Shown: positions 24,819 through 37,663 of the stretch, piece by piece
How the letters are laid out: every line of letters starts with the position of its first letter
How positions within the stretch are numbered: position 1 is the stretch's first letter
NCBI GenBank assembly: GCA_050230475.1
Contig: JBFLGF010000228.1
Coordinates: forward strand, 1-52,798
Direction: 5' to 3'
DNA from: Ancylonema sp.
Lineage: Eukaryota
Length of the DNA stretch: 52,798 nucleotides
Made by a program: the position numbers and the translations under genes
The notes under the pieces: model-generated
Database searches by the model: none
Seen by the model: only the letters and a program-made list of their open reading frames with translations
What the model was told of the DNA's origin: nothing

Positions 24819-27800
24819 TCAATCGACTTCCGAAGCCACTTTCGGCCCCTCCGCAGCCACTCTTTGCTTCATTGCCGTGGTCACAATCTCGTAGAGGCCG
24901 AGACAAATCTCCCCCGCGATTAGAAGGATGATGATCCATTCCAAGGTATCAGACTTGCGGTTTTGCAAAATGTCCAAGAAGAAACGCACGTTGTGCTGTG
25001 CAAAAGAAAACACTAGTTTTTAGCAAGAACCCAATGCCATGCATCAAGAGATTAACACGCCACAAGACCTTGGGGGCAAACAATCTCCACAACAGATATG
25101 TATCGAGAATTTGTTTCTCTGTCACAAGTTCTGTTTTAAGTAAAATTTTGTTATGGGAAGCAAAACAAAAGAACACAAACACAACGAGAGTGAGGCATAA
25201 TGCGACAACTATGAGTAGAAAGGAAAGGAAAGGAAACAAGATGACCATATATGCGTTTGGTTCGGCCTGCAATTGCTGTACCAAGTCAAAAGTCAATCTT
25301 GTTCCCGGAGATAAGTCAGTTGAAGGACATCCGTTTTCTTTGAAGATAAACACGGCCGGGCTCACCAAACTGTGCAGGAGCCAAGCAGCAATGATACCTG
25401 GATGATATTGAGTTTAAAGTCCAGACTTTCAAACCGCTCGTCCATCTCAAAGTCGTCGCGCAGATACTCCCAAATCTTGGCGTAGTGGGCGTGCTTCCAG
25501 GCAGCATCCGATCTGCGCACAGAAACACCAACGAGCGATTGGAGAGGAAAGATGATGGAAGGGCCTCCAGCTTTCTTCAACACAAGTTTCGACTTGAAAT
25601 TCTATTCGTTGACTTTTTCGTTCTTTCAGCCGTCTAGAATTCACAGTCTGAAAATCCGTTCCTGCGTCAGCTTTCAGAGGTAAACGAAGTTTAAGGTGCC
25701 AAAAAGGAACTGATTGTCTCCTTTCACCATACCTCTCCAGCAGTCCCAGCCTGAGGATGACGTCAGCAAGGGTGGTGTTAGCCGCAGCCACGAGCTGGAA
25801 GAGCTTCTTCCGTTTCATGGTGAAGGTACCCGTCTGCTCCATGCCGCGATTCAACTCACTGAACGTGTTCACCATCTCGTCCACCTGACAACGACATCAT
25901 CATCATTGCCATCCTCATCATCATCATCATCAGCATCATCAGCATCATCATCATCGTCATCGTCATCTCATCCATTGTCATCAGGCGTACGCCAGGAAGA
26001 AAGGTGTGAGGTTTCTTGAAAGTGGACGACGTATGATATGAACTTTGATGAGTATTCAAGACTCAAGGACATGACAGCCACGTCCACCGCACTTGTATTT
26101 GCGTGTTTGCAGTTATGTAGTCAAGCAAACGTATGTGCATTGGTAGGCGATAAAAGTATTCATAACGATATTATGTCTCATTACGTATCTCATGACGGGA
26201 GACGCCATATCGCATCCGTATCATTATTGCATTCAAAAAAGCAAACCCCTCCCTGCAAAGTTTGCCAATCCAATTCCTTCCCCAACCTCCAACCGCATCC
26301 TCCCTCCCTCTCCTTCCTCCCTGTACAGACTCCCCTCCGTTGTGTGCCTTCCTTTACCTTCTTTGCGTGGAACTCGAGTGCCACGCTCTGCCCGAGCACG
26401 CTGGAAATGACTCGAATGTTGTTCATGTCCAGCTGCTTCACCATGATGTGGTCCTGACCACCCTCGCTCCACCCCGCCAGGTTGGGGCGGAGCACAACGC
26501 CGTAGTCTGGAAACAACCAGAACCCCGACGCGGTTGCGTCAGATAGCCATTGAGATGGACTTCCTTCTTGCTGTGTGTCACAATGTGTCTAGATCACTTC
26601 AGGAGTACCTATGAGCCCACCAGGTTCACTGAGCCCACCAGGTTCCAGGCAGTGGACTGTGAATTACTATCTCAAGGTCAGGTGGAAGAAAATCAAACCT
26701 TGCAGACAAGAAGATTCTGCTTTTTAGTGGAGTGGCTGGACACAATATGATGAGGTAGTGGTGGTGGATACAAGGGCAGCAATACCAGCTTAACTGTCCT
26801 ACAATCTCGCTGTTCAACGCCCTACTGTATGTTCTCAAGTTCTTCTACACTGTATGTGAGTATGTCAATATTTACTTCCAATCTACAAGGTGCTTGCTGT
26901 CTTGCAGCTGACCGAATCCCGTTTCCATGTTTCTGGATCCATACAGACTCGTTCAAAAGCCCAGGGCACGAGCACACCCTCCACAATGATCCCCAACGGA
27001 TTCTGCATCCCTCACCATCCTTGTGTGCTCCCCTGAAGTGCACATCACAAAAGGGCTGCACATCGTTCAACACCGCATCGTGTTCGCTGGCATCGAAGTT
27101 GAGAAACACGAGGGATCCGTAGTGGAACGCCACCATGTAGCGCTCCAAGACGTAGGGCACTCCTCCCATGGCCACCCCCTGCACTCACTCACCCTGGAAG
27201 AGGACAGGTTGAGGAGGACGCAGGAGGAAAAACGGACAGGGATCTGGGAGGCAAGTGATGAGAAGCATAAGAGAGGTGCTATACTTGGGGAAGGCAAAGC
27301 GCGCTTAGGTTGCCGTGTAACGAGAAGGATGTGCACACAGCAAGGACACAGCTTTGGATGACAGATAGTCTGATCAGATAAACTGAAGCCATCACGAAAA
27401 TGTATTCCTTAGTATCCAGACCAGGAGCTTTCCACTGTCGACCTTTCTGCGCCCTTGAGACCCCCAGCCATGGCCAAACTATGGCCCATGAAGGGCCGGT
27501 TGTTCATTGGAAGCTTAATGATCACTTTCGGCATACGAAGGGGGAAACACGAGATTCAAACAAGCATCTGTTGTTTAAAAACAACAAACAGGCAAAACAA
27601 CGCACTTCAAAATATGACCAGGCTTTTGAGGGCGACAGACAGAGAAATCCTATTCCTCCGATGCGGATCGAACAAGATATCGCCTTGGAGGTTGTGTCTA
27701 TCTGTGCCTATAAAAAATCTCTGAAAATTCGAAGGTCTCTAATTTTTTCCCTCTGAAACTCAGGGTTCTTCTGTTTTCATAAAGTATCACTTGTCTGAAG

Positions 27801-29037
27801 GAATACTGAAAACTTATTCCTACAGCCAGGTTATTCCTTTCGGCAGTGAACTTTCCTCCACAGCTTCGGTTTTGAGACTGGAATTCCCAGTATTCCTTCA
27901 GACAGGTTTTCTGAACTTGTATCACCTGTCATGAGGGTCAGGCTAAATGAGGTTTTATCACAAATTTCAACCAAGTAATGCTGCCATTGCTATTGAGGCT
28001 GACCAGTGTCAGGTTGAGTCCTCCCCAGAAGAGAGACTCATTGGCAACCTACCATTGAGGATCCAGCTCCAACTGTCCGATCCGGGAAGCGCACAATGAC
28101 GTTGTTGCGGACCATGTGGCTCGGGTACCCTTTGTAGATGTCATTCATGAGGCCCCAGATATCCAACCTGTGCAGAGAGGAGGTTCGATTGTCAGGATAT
28201 CATTCTAATATCCTCCGCACAAGGGTAAGAAAACTGCACCACTCATCCTGTGCTGTTGGTATTGCTTGATACAGGTGATTGATCACTAGTGCTGATTGTC
28301 AAAAGAGCAGAGCATGACCAAACGGACGACACTAAACAATTTGTAGTAGTTGATTGAAAAAAAAGGGAGGAGAATCGCACAATCGCACAAAAAAAAAATA
28401 CCGAACTCGTGACAGGATTGCATGCGCAGTCATGCAGGACAATTCAGACTTACGATCTCGCAATGTAGAAAGCCTTCACAGGGATGTAATACTCGGTTGC
28501 TGAAACGGTCGCCACAGCTGTTGACCCCGCGTCTTCGCCCCGTCCGTCGTCTCTAGCCTCTACCTCCGGCTGAGATCTGCTCTGTCCGTACATGCTTTGG
28601 ACAGCCGCAGAGTCGTCTTCCTCCCAGTACTTATGTTTGTTGTGCATGAATCCACCTCTCGAGCCTGCGCGACTGCTGCTTGAAAAGCTGCAATTTTGAT
28701 AGTTGGTAGATGAGGCCATCAGCGGAAGTCCACCGACTTGGACTGGCATGTGGACACTGATGGGAGAACTAACTACAAATGGTGGTACGTTTTGAGATCC
28801 ACGACCATAAAAGTGAGCAGGTGTCTCCATCGCCGGAGAACTAGTACCCAGGGCGGTATATGGCCTGAATCCAGACATATTCAGTAGAGGCAACGGAGGG
28901 ACTGAAAGAATATGCTGAACGCCAGCGTAGGCCCCTCGACTTTCCACGGATCCTGGGAGAAGAAACTGACGTCTATACTTGAGTGACGGTGCGGAGTTCC
29001 ACAGAAGTGCGCAGCACAGGCCTAGTTTCCTCTTCAT
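24819..29037 (-). CDS. RMD1/RMND1-family (DUF155) protein, plant RETARDED ROOT GROWTH-like, 7 exons
   Basis: Exons 29037-28454, 28167-28053, 27178-27016, 26506-26358, 25884-25733, 25512-25398, 24995-24819. Motifs IPVKAFYI, FHYGSLVFLN, VLGQSVAL, WEYLRDDFEMDERFESLDFKL, RKSDTLEWIIILLI (C-terminal hydrophobic helix). The start codon is inferred. Confidence 0.9.
25895..25966. repeat. Imperfect (CAT)n microsatellite in an intron of the DUF155 gene
   Basis: Direct inspection. Confidence 0.9.
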
Positions 29038-29624
29038 CACGACGGAGAATGGGTCCACTCCACGGCTATCACAGAAAACTGCGATACGAGCTTGTGTTCA
29101 GATAATATTCTCTGTTGATCCTGGGGGGATGCGGTCACTCACACCACATGAATCAGACGTTTCATCGTTAGGCAGAAACAAAGAGATACAATTCCTAATT
29201 TAGAAACATATCCAGAATCTCGATCGTATGACAAGTCTACTAAACGGCAGCCTGTAACTCTAGAATATGTGTCGATTTTGCGGCGTTGGCCTGACCCCTG
29301 TTGTGCTCCACACCTGCTTCAGCGATTGTCACTGCCGCAGCTATGTCCGAGACCTAGGAGTTGGGCAAACCATTTTTGGTTCCGCTCCGGGCGGAACACT
29401 CCAATAACCTCCAGGAAAGTTCACCTTGGATCACCGAACTTTGGACTCGGGGCTGCGTGGGCTCAGCGAGTGGATTATCTGTCCCAACTTGGGCTCTCAA
29501 GGGGCGGTTTTCCGGAGAGAAGCTTACGTGTGCAGCTGGAGCTTGGCGGATGGGGTACATGTCAGCTCAAATATGGCCAGAATGACAATTAGTTAGTTGT
29601 AAAGTGAACTAAGCAAGTTGCAGA

Positions 29625-32600
29625 ATGGCGACCTTCATTCCCAGTTTGCGTACAGTGCCATTCGGGGTGCATCAAGCGGGTGTGAACAGCAGATGTTCAT
29701 ACTCCACGCCCGTATGGTTTGAATGCTCACGGGGTTCGTCGTCGATAAATATCTGGGATGGGCAGCTGAATATACCTTCTGCAGTACCTCGAGAGACAAG
29801 GAGGTCGAATTTGTGTCGCTTTCGCACGTGTGCCGCTCGCCAAAGTGATAGTACGAGGGATTTAGGAAAGGGTGAAGATAGACATACAGCCACTGGAGCA
29901 GCTGCATTACCAGCTGACGCTTCGTTGCCTGCTAAGGGAACAGCCACAACGGAGGGACAGTCCTCATGGGGAGCGAAGGATGTTCTGGGCGACGACTATC
30001 TTTACCGGCTGGGGAAAGAATCAGACAACCTAAGCATTACCGTTGGGGCAAAGGAGGGAATGATAGATAGCGTATTTATTGGCGATTTTTTGGGCAAAGA
30101 GTGTGAGTGAGTTGACATTGAGCCACCCAACCATCTGTGCTACAAACCACCACCATTCACATGAGGAGCCTTTCTTTAATACATACATACACATAGACAC
30201 TTGCACGCAATCGACGCCCTATGCATGTGTGGAATCCACTCTGTCAGCTCAATTCCATTTTTTGAACTTTTTGGTTTATAGATACGCCTTCAGCTCGGCG
30301 TATACAAGTGAACGCACGTATGACTTCGCGTCTATCTGACTGATTATCTTAAACAGGCTGGCTGTGTTTCGATGTTCCTGACAGCGGACATTGTCTTCAA
30401 GTACCGTCAAAAGGTGACCCGGTCGTTTGAGCACATCCAGGGAGACTACTACATAGCTCCATCTTTTATGGTGAGCATCACACATGATTATTGCAATATG
30501 ATGGTATATCGTCCTGCTAGCATCCAAGAATTCTCGCCACTCGCTCGGATCCGTGTCTTACTGTCTCGGTGATGGATTTTGTTTTTAATATAAACATATG
30601 CATGCGCGTTTGGCTGTTGCAGGAAACTGTAGGTGAGCTTCTACCTGGATGCACATGCGTCACGAGCTGGGGAGATCAAATCAGTTGATTACGACTACAT
30701 GTCTTATTGATTATAATCTTATCGAGTTCCTGGAGAGAGTTCCCCTCACTCCCACACTCGCACCAGTCCCTGGAGTTGAACAGCAGTAACGAGTCTAATG
30801 CTCCTGGTGCTTCGGTTTGTGTTTTGGCAGTTACTTTCCTGACGAAGAACTACCTCGCAGAACAGATCGACTGCCCCGTGCCGTTGATTCTTGGTGAGAT
30901 CCTTCATCATTTTCGGTATTCGTCATCTCTTTTTACGTCCCTTCTGCTTACTTCTTCCCCATACAAGAGGTTCTTCCAGGAACTCTCTGTCCAAGGCGGC
31001 ACATAGGTCCACAGTGTTTCCCTTGAGATGACACGAAGGGGATCAAGCAAGCATGGCGTGTGCAGGGACCTTGTGCTTCCATCCGATTGTATTGTTCTGT
31101 CTGACTCCTTTTCTTGTTTTCTTGTTTTCTTGTTTTCTTGTGTTTGTATCAGGTGTGTGGGGCGGCAAGGGACAGGGCAAGTCGTTTCAAGTGGAGCTCA
31201 TTTTCAAGGCCCTTGGGGTGGAGCCGGTGATCATGTCGGCGGGGGAAATGGAGAGTGAATGGGCAGGTAGAACATCGACCATACAATACGAACCAGAACC
31301 ACATTATTACCGTCTGTGAGATCACCAGGGTTTGTTTTGTGAGGACGACAGAAATCCCCACACATTTCAAGGGTGGGATGCAAGCGTGCCACACCAAGAA
31401 TATAGGCCAAATAATCCAGCCCCTACTCACATTATCGCCGTTCGTTTCTCCCAACCTCAGCTGCCACACATTTACGGAAGGGACGCTCTCCTGAACCCTC
31501 TTCCTTGTGTCTTTGGGTCCTTTTTCAGGCCAACCAGGGAAAACGATCCGAGAAAGGTACCGCACTGCGTCACAAGTCATAAAAAACAAGGTGACCACTC
31601 TCGCCAATATTCCCCACCCCCCACCCCACCTCCCCCCTCCCCCCTCTCCCCTCCCCCCTCCCTCCCTCCCCTCTTCCTGTTCATGATGCCTGGTTGGTTC
31701 TTGGTGGGTCTCCAGGGCAAACTGAGCTGTCTCGTCATCAACGATCTGGACGCTGGGATCGGACGATTTGGTACGGCCGCTGAGGGGTGCCAAACCTTGT
31801 GACAGTAAAACCTCGTCATAATACAAACTTGGAGCTGTAAAAGAGTTTGGGGTTTTATTGTACCACAGCTGCATATCACACCATGAGTGAGGCAGCAGAC
31901 AACATGGGGTGGGGCTGTGGCTCACCACGCAAATCGGTGGTAAGTCAGATGCAATTCCAAGAGCAGATGTGCATCATCCGAGACGTTTCCGCGCTCTCAT
32001 CTGCCTGTCAGCCTTTCTGCCTCTCTTCCGTTCTGCCTTTCTGCCTTTCTACCTGTGCAGCGAACACCCAAGTGACGGTGAACAACCAGATGGTGTTTGG
32101 TACGCTCATGAACCTGTGCGACAACCCCACACGCGTCAGTGTGGGGCAGGAGTGGCGGGGGGCGGACACCATCCACCGAGTGCCCATCATCGTGACGGGG
32201 AACGACTTCAGCACGCTGTGGGCCCCACTCATTAGGGACGGCAGAATGGACAAGTTCTACTGGTAAACATTCTGCCGCGAAATTGAGTTGGGAATTGTGA
32301 GGGGCGCTGCTCTTGCTGAGGGGCAGGAGACCCTGTGGCGATACATTCTTTCACAACTGTTCTGGTCGCAGTTTCCGTTTGTTTTTCAAATTGTAGATCA
32401 CGAAATCGCAGATTGTTGCAGATTACAGGTTTTAGATATAGCTTCACTCCCTTAACTCGTACACAAACCGCACTGAAAGGCAAGGGCAAGGCTCAGGTCC
32501 ATATTCAAGTTCAGGTTCAGGCTCAGGTTCAGGTTTGGTTTCAGATCTAAGTTCTGTTGAGGAGGAACAGTATTTGGAGTTGGTGACGAGTACATTTGTG

Positions 32601-33653
32601 GTGTGCCATTTGGGCAGGCAACCAACACGAGAGGACACTGTGAACATCGTTCACCAGATGTATAAAAACGACGGCCTGTCCAAGGAAGACATCGCTCTAC
32701 TTGTGGATGCGTTTCCAAACCAAGGTAGGGAGAGAGGGAGAGAGACAAAGAAAGATAGAGAGCAAGAGGGCAGTTTGGTTCCGCTTCTTGGATAGATGTC
32801 TTGACATCAGCGAATGGTTCGTATGTGGTGGAATGATGAAAATCGGAATCGGTATTTTGCAGCGTTGGACTTCTATGGAGCACTTCGATCTCGGACGTAC
32901 GACCATAAAATCATGGAGGTAAGAAACATGAAGAGAGGCGGTTGTGGGTTTGGTACAAAACAAGATCAACAAAAAATTGAAGTCCAATCATCAGTTGTCT
33001 CATCATATCTAGTGACTCGTTTAGTTGGCCCGACCCCCGAAACCCTAATGGAGGATAGCAAGAGGAGACAAACGGAAGGAGGGCTTGACATGATGCATCT
33101 CCGTCGTGTCGTTTGTTCAGTGGATCGAATCCATCGGCGGTGCGGAGAAAATGGGTCCGTTGCTCGTGAAGAGAGCGCGGCACGATGGGGAGTGGAAGGC
33201 ACCCTCGATAGAGGCACCCAAGGTTCTATCAACTATCAACTATGTATTAGTATCAGTTATGAACTATTAACTATCTATTATCAGCTTGTAAGCATCACCG
33301 TGTGGTAGGGGGAAAGGAGTAGGAAGGATTGTACAAGTGTGAAATTTGAGATGGGGCGGTAGACATCTAGGGCCATTCCGGGCGCTTCTAGTCCCGGACG
33401 CGCTTGTTCGGGACGTGTCCGGGCCTGGACGTGTCTAGGACGTGTATGTAGATCCCCGTACACGTCGGGGGCGAAATGATGCAATCTATGTTCCAATGTG
33501 GATTCTTGTTGTGCCCTGCAGCAAAATGTGAAAGATTTGTTGGAAGCCGGCCAATCGTTGGTGGAGGAGCACCGAAAGGTGATGGAAATGAAATTGTCGG
33601 ACGAGTACATGAAGAAGCAAGTGGGTGGCGGGAGCCTTGTAGGGTTTGGTTAG
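29625..33653 (+). CDS. Rubisco activase-like AAA+ ATPase (the divergent RCA-like paralog), probable plastid transit peptide, 12 exons
   Basis: Exons 29625-30102, 30385-30470, 30623-30632, 30831-30893, 31153-31266, 31529-31590, 31716-31770, 32061-32262, 32618-32724, 32863-32918, 33121-33222, 33522-33653. Walker A WGGKGQGKSFQ, INDLDAG, TVNNQMV, TGNDFSTLWAPLIRDGRMDKFYW and LDFYGALRSR. Confidence 0.93.
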
Positions 33654-34599
33654 TAGGAATGGAGGGCCTTCGTTGATTGTCGCTAGAGATGTCGGTGATG
33701 CATTCGATTGAGGCCCTCTTACAACAAGGATAACAGTATTGCATAGGAGGTATGGGCCGAACCTTGTGTACAGTAAACGACTCGCGTTGTTGTAGAATAC
33801 AAGACACAATGACCACATCAAGCGATTTCAACCAGTTCTTATGGTTTTTGCGATGTTGTGTTCGATTAGGATTTCCCTTCTCGAAGAGGATGAACAGTTG
33901 TCATGATGTGCTATTGCGCAATTATCCCCAAATGGACATTGAGGTCGTGGTGTTCACGTAAGATCGAAACATTTGTTTGTTGATAGGGCGCACTTGCTTT
34001 CGTAATGAAGTGGCAAGGCCAATGACAACGAAATAATGTCGGAGGTATTGTGTAGGATATGGTGTGTCAAATATCGTACCGGATACGTGTCTTCAAGGGT
34101 AAATAGTGAATGCTTTCCCTAAAGCTTTCCCTACCCCTATGCCCCTCCCCTTTTTCATTTAGTCCCCCACTCCAATCCCCTAGGCCTTCACGACAGCAAA
34201 TTCCGAACTTTCAAAAATAGGGGTGTTTTTTTATTCCCCAAAAAACACCCCTTTTTTTTCCGTTGGTAATGCAAGCAGGATGTCGAAGCGATTTTTCTAA
34301 CATATATGTCCTCCCCCACCCGAGCACCTTGGTGATCACTTAGTGGAGATTATGCAAAACCACGAATACAATGTAGCAATGTAACAAAACACAAGTAACG
34401 AGAGGTGTACTCCACAAAAATCTCGTGTGTGCATCCTTGTTTGTGTCCAAGATCCTCAGTCGGACAGGAAAGGAGGGTTAAGCCAGGGGTGATGGTGGGG
34501 CAAATTGTTCCAAATGACGAGGCCCCTGGAGATGTTGCCACATATGGTGGTACACAAACGGGGTGGGTACAATATGCAATTTGACAAGTGCACTCGGAC

Positions 34600-35241
34600 T
34601 AGGGTTGGTGACACCGCATTTTCGGCCCGCGGTAGGGGGTTTCTACCTCGGTACCGTACTGGCCACACATAATGACCCGAAAATAATTATGAGAAGGGTG
34701 GGTCGGGTCAAATTAAATAATTCAATTTTTTAAAAAAGTGGGTCATTCTATAATGTGGGTCACAAGATAATAAATATTTTTCAGGATTTTTAGAAATTTT
34801 ATATTGGGTGCGCGGGTTGGGTCAAGTGGTGGTTTCTTAGCTAAATTAATTCGTTTCTTAAAACACTACGGTATGCCCAGCTCACTCGACTTTTTCTCCC
34901 CCTACCGTTTCCTACCGATTTTGGATTCAGTCTGGCTGGGCATCGGTCGGGGGTAGGGCGGCGGTAGGCGGTAGGGAAATCGGTAGGGACACGGTAGGGA
35001 GCGGTAGGAAACGGTAGGGAATTTTTTTTTCAGCGTAAAGTCAAAGATATAATTTGTGACCCAAAAAAAATAAGTACCGGAAATATTCGATTCCCTACCG
35101 ATTATTTCCTACCGCCCTACCCCTTACCGAGCCAACCGCGGTTGGGCTAATTTTCCTACCCCCTACTGCATAGTTGAGCATCGGTAGCTACCGCGGTGAT
35201 ACGGTAGGGAGTAGGGCGGTAGGGCGGTGTCGCCATCCCTA
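34600..35241. mobile_element. Non-autonomous hAT-like element
   Basis: 18-bp TIRs TAGGGTTGGTGACACCGC / GCGGTGTCGCCATCCCTA (2 mismatches). 8-bp flanks ACTCGGAC (34592-34599) and ATTCGGAC (35242-35249). Many subterminal CGGTAGG/CCTACCG motifs. Confidence 0.85.
34654..34871. mobile_element. Nested TA-flanked MITE-like insertion
   Basis: TA|CCGTACTG ... CACTACGG|TA ends and an AT-rich interior. The segment is absent from the related copy at 42871-43020. Confidence 0.6.
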
Positions 35242-36081
35242 ATTCGGACTCGAATGCTATTGTTATTTTCCGAAATATTTTTCCTGAATGACCCGACGAC
35301 CCGCACGAGGCCGGGTATTGCGTAGTCTAGCGGGCAGCATATTGTTGATTAGGGTTGGAGGATCCGGGCATAGTTGCACAAACTCCGAACCGTTTCCGAA
35401 CCGGATCTTAAATGGAACCGGTGGCCGCGGTTCGGAACCGGAGGACTTAGGGTTTTTTCACTCACACGTCATTTTGAGGGGTTATAAGGCACGGAAAAAA
35501 ACGATTTTTTTTCCCCTCTGTGTAGCTCGTCATGCCCTATCCAACAAAAATATCAAGCAAATGATATTTTTTGTAAAAAAAACTCAAAACGATTTTCCGC
35601 ATGAGTACACCCTCATGATTTTTTGTGCATTTGTATGTTTGGCTCGCTGCCCTTTAAGTTTTGTTTCTATTCAAGTACAAATAGTTCAATGAAATGGTTA
35701 TATATTTTTATGATCATCCTATGCTCATCTCCGTTCCATATATATTTCCTCATTCCCATTTCCGAGTTATACTTCCATGTGAGAATGTTGCGAGAATATG
35801 AATTTACCCGTAATCTTATGGCACTTGACATATGCTTCAACCTTCCATGTATTTTCGCTTTCAAATCGTGCTCTAAAATCTCTAACACTACTTCTATACA
35901 GCTGCTCTTCTCCTCTACCTTCCACATCCATTGCTTCTCCAAAGCCTGATGTGTTTGTCAGAGTGGAAGGTCGGGTGTTGTTTTCGGCCAATGCCATTGC
36001 ACCACGTCGTGCATGGCGCAAACGATAGAAAAATAAAAGCTTGCAATGGCCGCGTTTTTCAGGGCGTCTAAAATTTTGTTT

Positions 36082-36123
<42 letters not shown>

Positions 36124-37213
36124 TTATTTTTATAACCCCCTTGTCTTTTTCCTCACCTCCTCCTTATTCTTTCATATTTAAAATTTTGGAACCTATGCGT
36201 ATGCCCAAGCATTATAATACGTAGGCGGGAGTATAGGTGGCATTCGCCGATTGGGAGGACGGAGATGTGGAGTGGAAAATAGAGTAAGGGGAAAGCTTGT
36301 TGGGCGTTGGATAAGGGCTTGTGCCTACTTTGTAATAATATACTCGGTCCTGGATTTGTTTTCATGTTGAAGTTGTAAATATTTTTGTATTATCTCTCTT
36401 ATGATGTTTTATCGGCGATGTTTACAGGATGCTAGGATGACGATTAAGATGCTAGGATGGTATGATGTTACAATGCTAAGTAGTTGTTATTTGGTGGAAA
36501 TATGGATGAAAAACTTGGGACGTGTGTAGATGAGGCGAAGTAGTCTTGAGTAGTCTTTAGTCTTGAGTAGTCAATACAGTGAAACCAATATTGTGCTAAT
36601 CAATAACCTTTCTTATCCAATTCAACATATTCCGCCCGATCTCGGGATGTCACCCAAAATCTGACGTGTTGCTTAATAACGTGTATTCATCAATGTTTTT
36701 TTCCGGTTCCGCCAGTATTAATTAAGACAGGTTTTACTTCAGAAAAAAATGGCCACAATTTTTGGCATATTGTTTTTTTGGTTATTGGATTTTGATCACT
36801 AAGATCGAAATCTAAAGCATGCATTCTTTTATTCATAAAATCCAAAATCGTTCTGAAACATTGTATCCTATCTTGACAACATGTATTCAAGAGAATGTAT
36901 ATGAGTAAGTGATGAAAATGTTTGTTTTTTTACCAAAACAAGTTCAAATGCTGTATGTAGTGTTGAAGGAGTGGTAATAAATGTAATCGATCATTTTTTT
37001 TAAAGAGAACGAGAGAGCACGTTGGCTTTCATCTATTCATGGCTTGGCAAAATATTTGTATGACATTTTCCATGGATGCACGTTTAAAATTTAAGCATTA
37101 ACAAATACTTCCGAAGATTTAGACCGGTTAAAACATTAAACCGGTTTCAACGGTGGCAGTTTACGATGTAGGGCCTAGGATGTTAAATCGTACTACCTAG
37201 AGTGTAAATGGTC

Positions 37214-37319
37214 AATACTCACTACTTAGTCAAATTTCGACGTCCGAAACTCGATGGCTGAATTTGTCCCGGTGCGGCACGCGTGCGCAAATCTTGTGCA
37301 CGGTGCGCGCCCAACTATG
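37214..37319 (-). repeat. Inverted partial copy of the CATAGTTGG element end
   Basis: AATACTCACTACTTAGTCAAA...GTGCACGGTGCGCGCCCAACTATG is the reverse complement of 20149-20281 with substitutions and a deletion. Confidence 0.75.
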
Positions 37320-37663
37320 CCAATAATCCTAGTGTATTTGCCCTGGTTTTTCGAGGCGGGTTAAATCAGTTATCAGGGTTATCAGGTTTAAGGTTCACTG
37401 CCACTCGATCACTCGGGCTGAATCTCGTTCTTCTCCCGAATCGGGAGCTTCTTCCGCGGGCGGAGATGGCCGGGACAAGCCCTGTTCGCGGACGGGTACA
37501 AACTTTGGGACCAGACTCGGTTAATCAGCCAGAATCCCGCTGCAGTTGTCAGACGGTTGACACGTTGACCTCGCGATGGCAAAATATTTATCTTATGCGA
37601 TAACCGCCCTGAAAATACCGTCCATTTCCCACTACAAGTTGCGGTTGGAAGAATCTGTCGAGC

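Noticed and set aside
35623..36365. Short ORFs possibly from a transposase or protease
   Set aside because: No recognisable motif could be supported.
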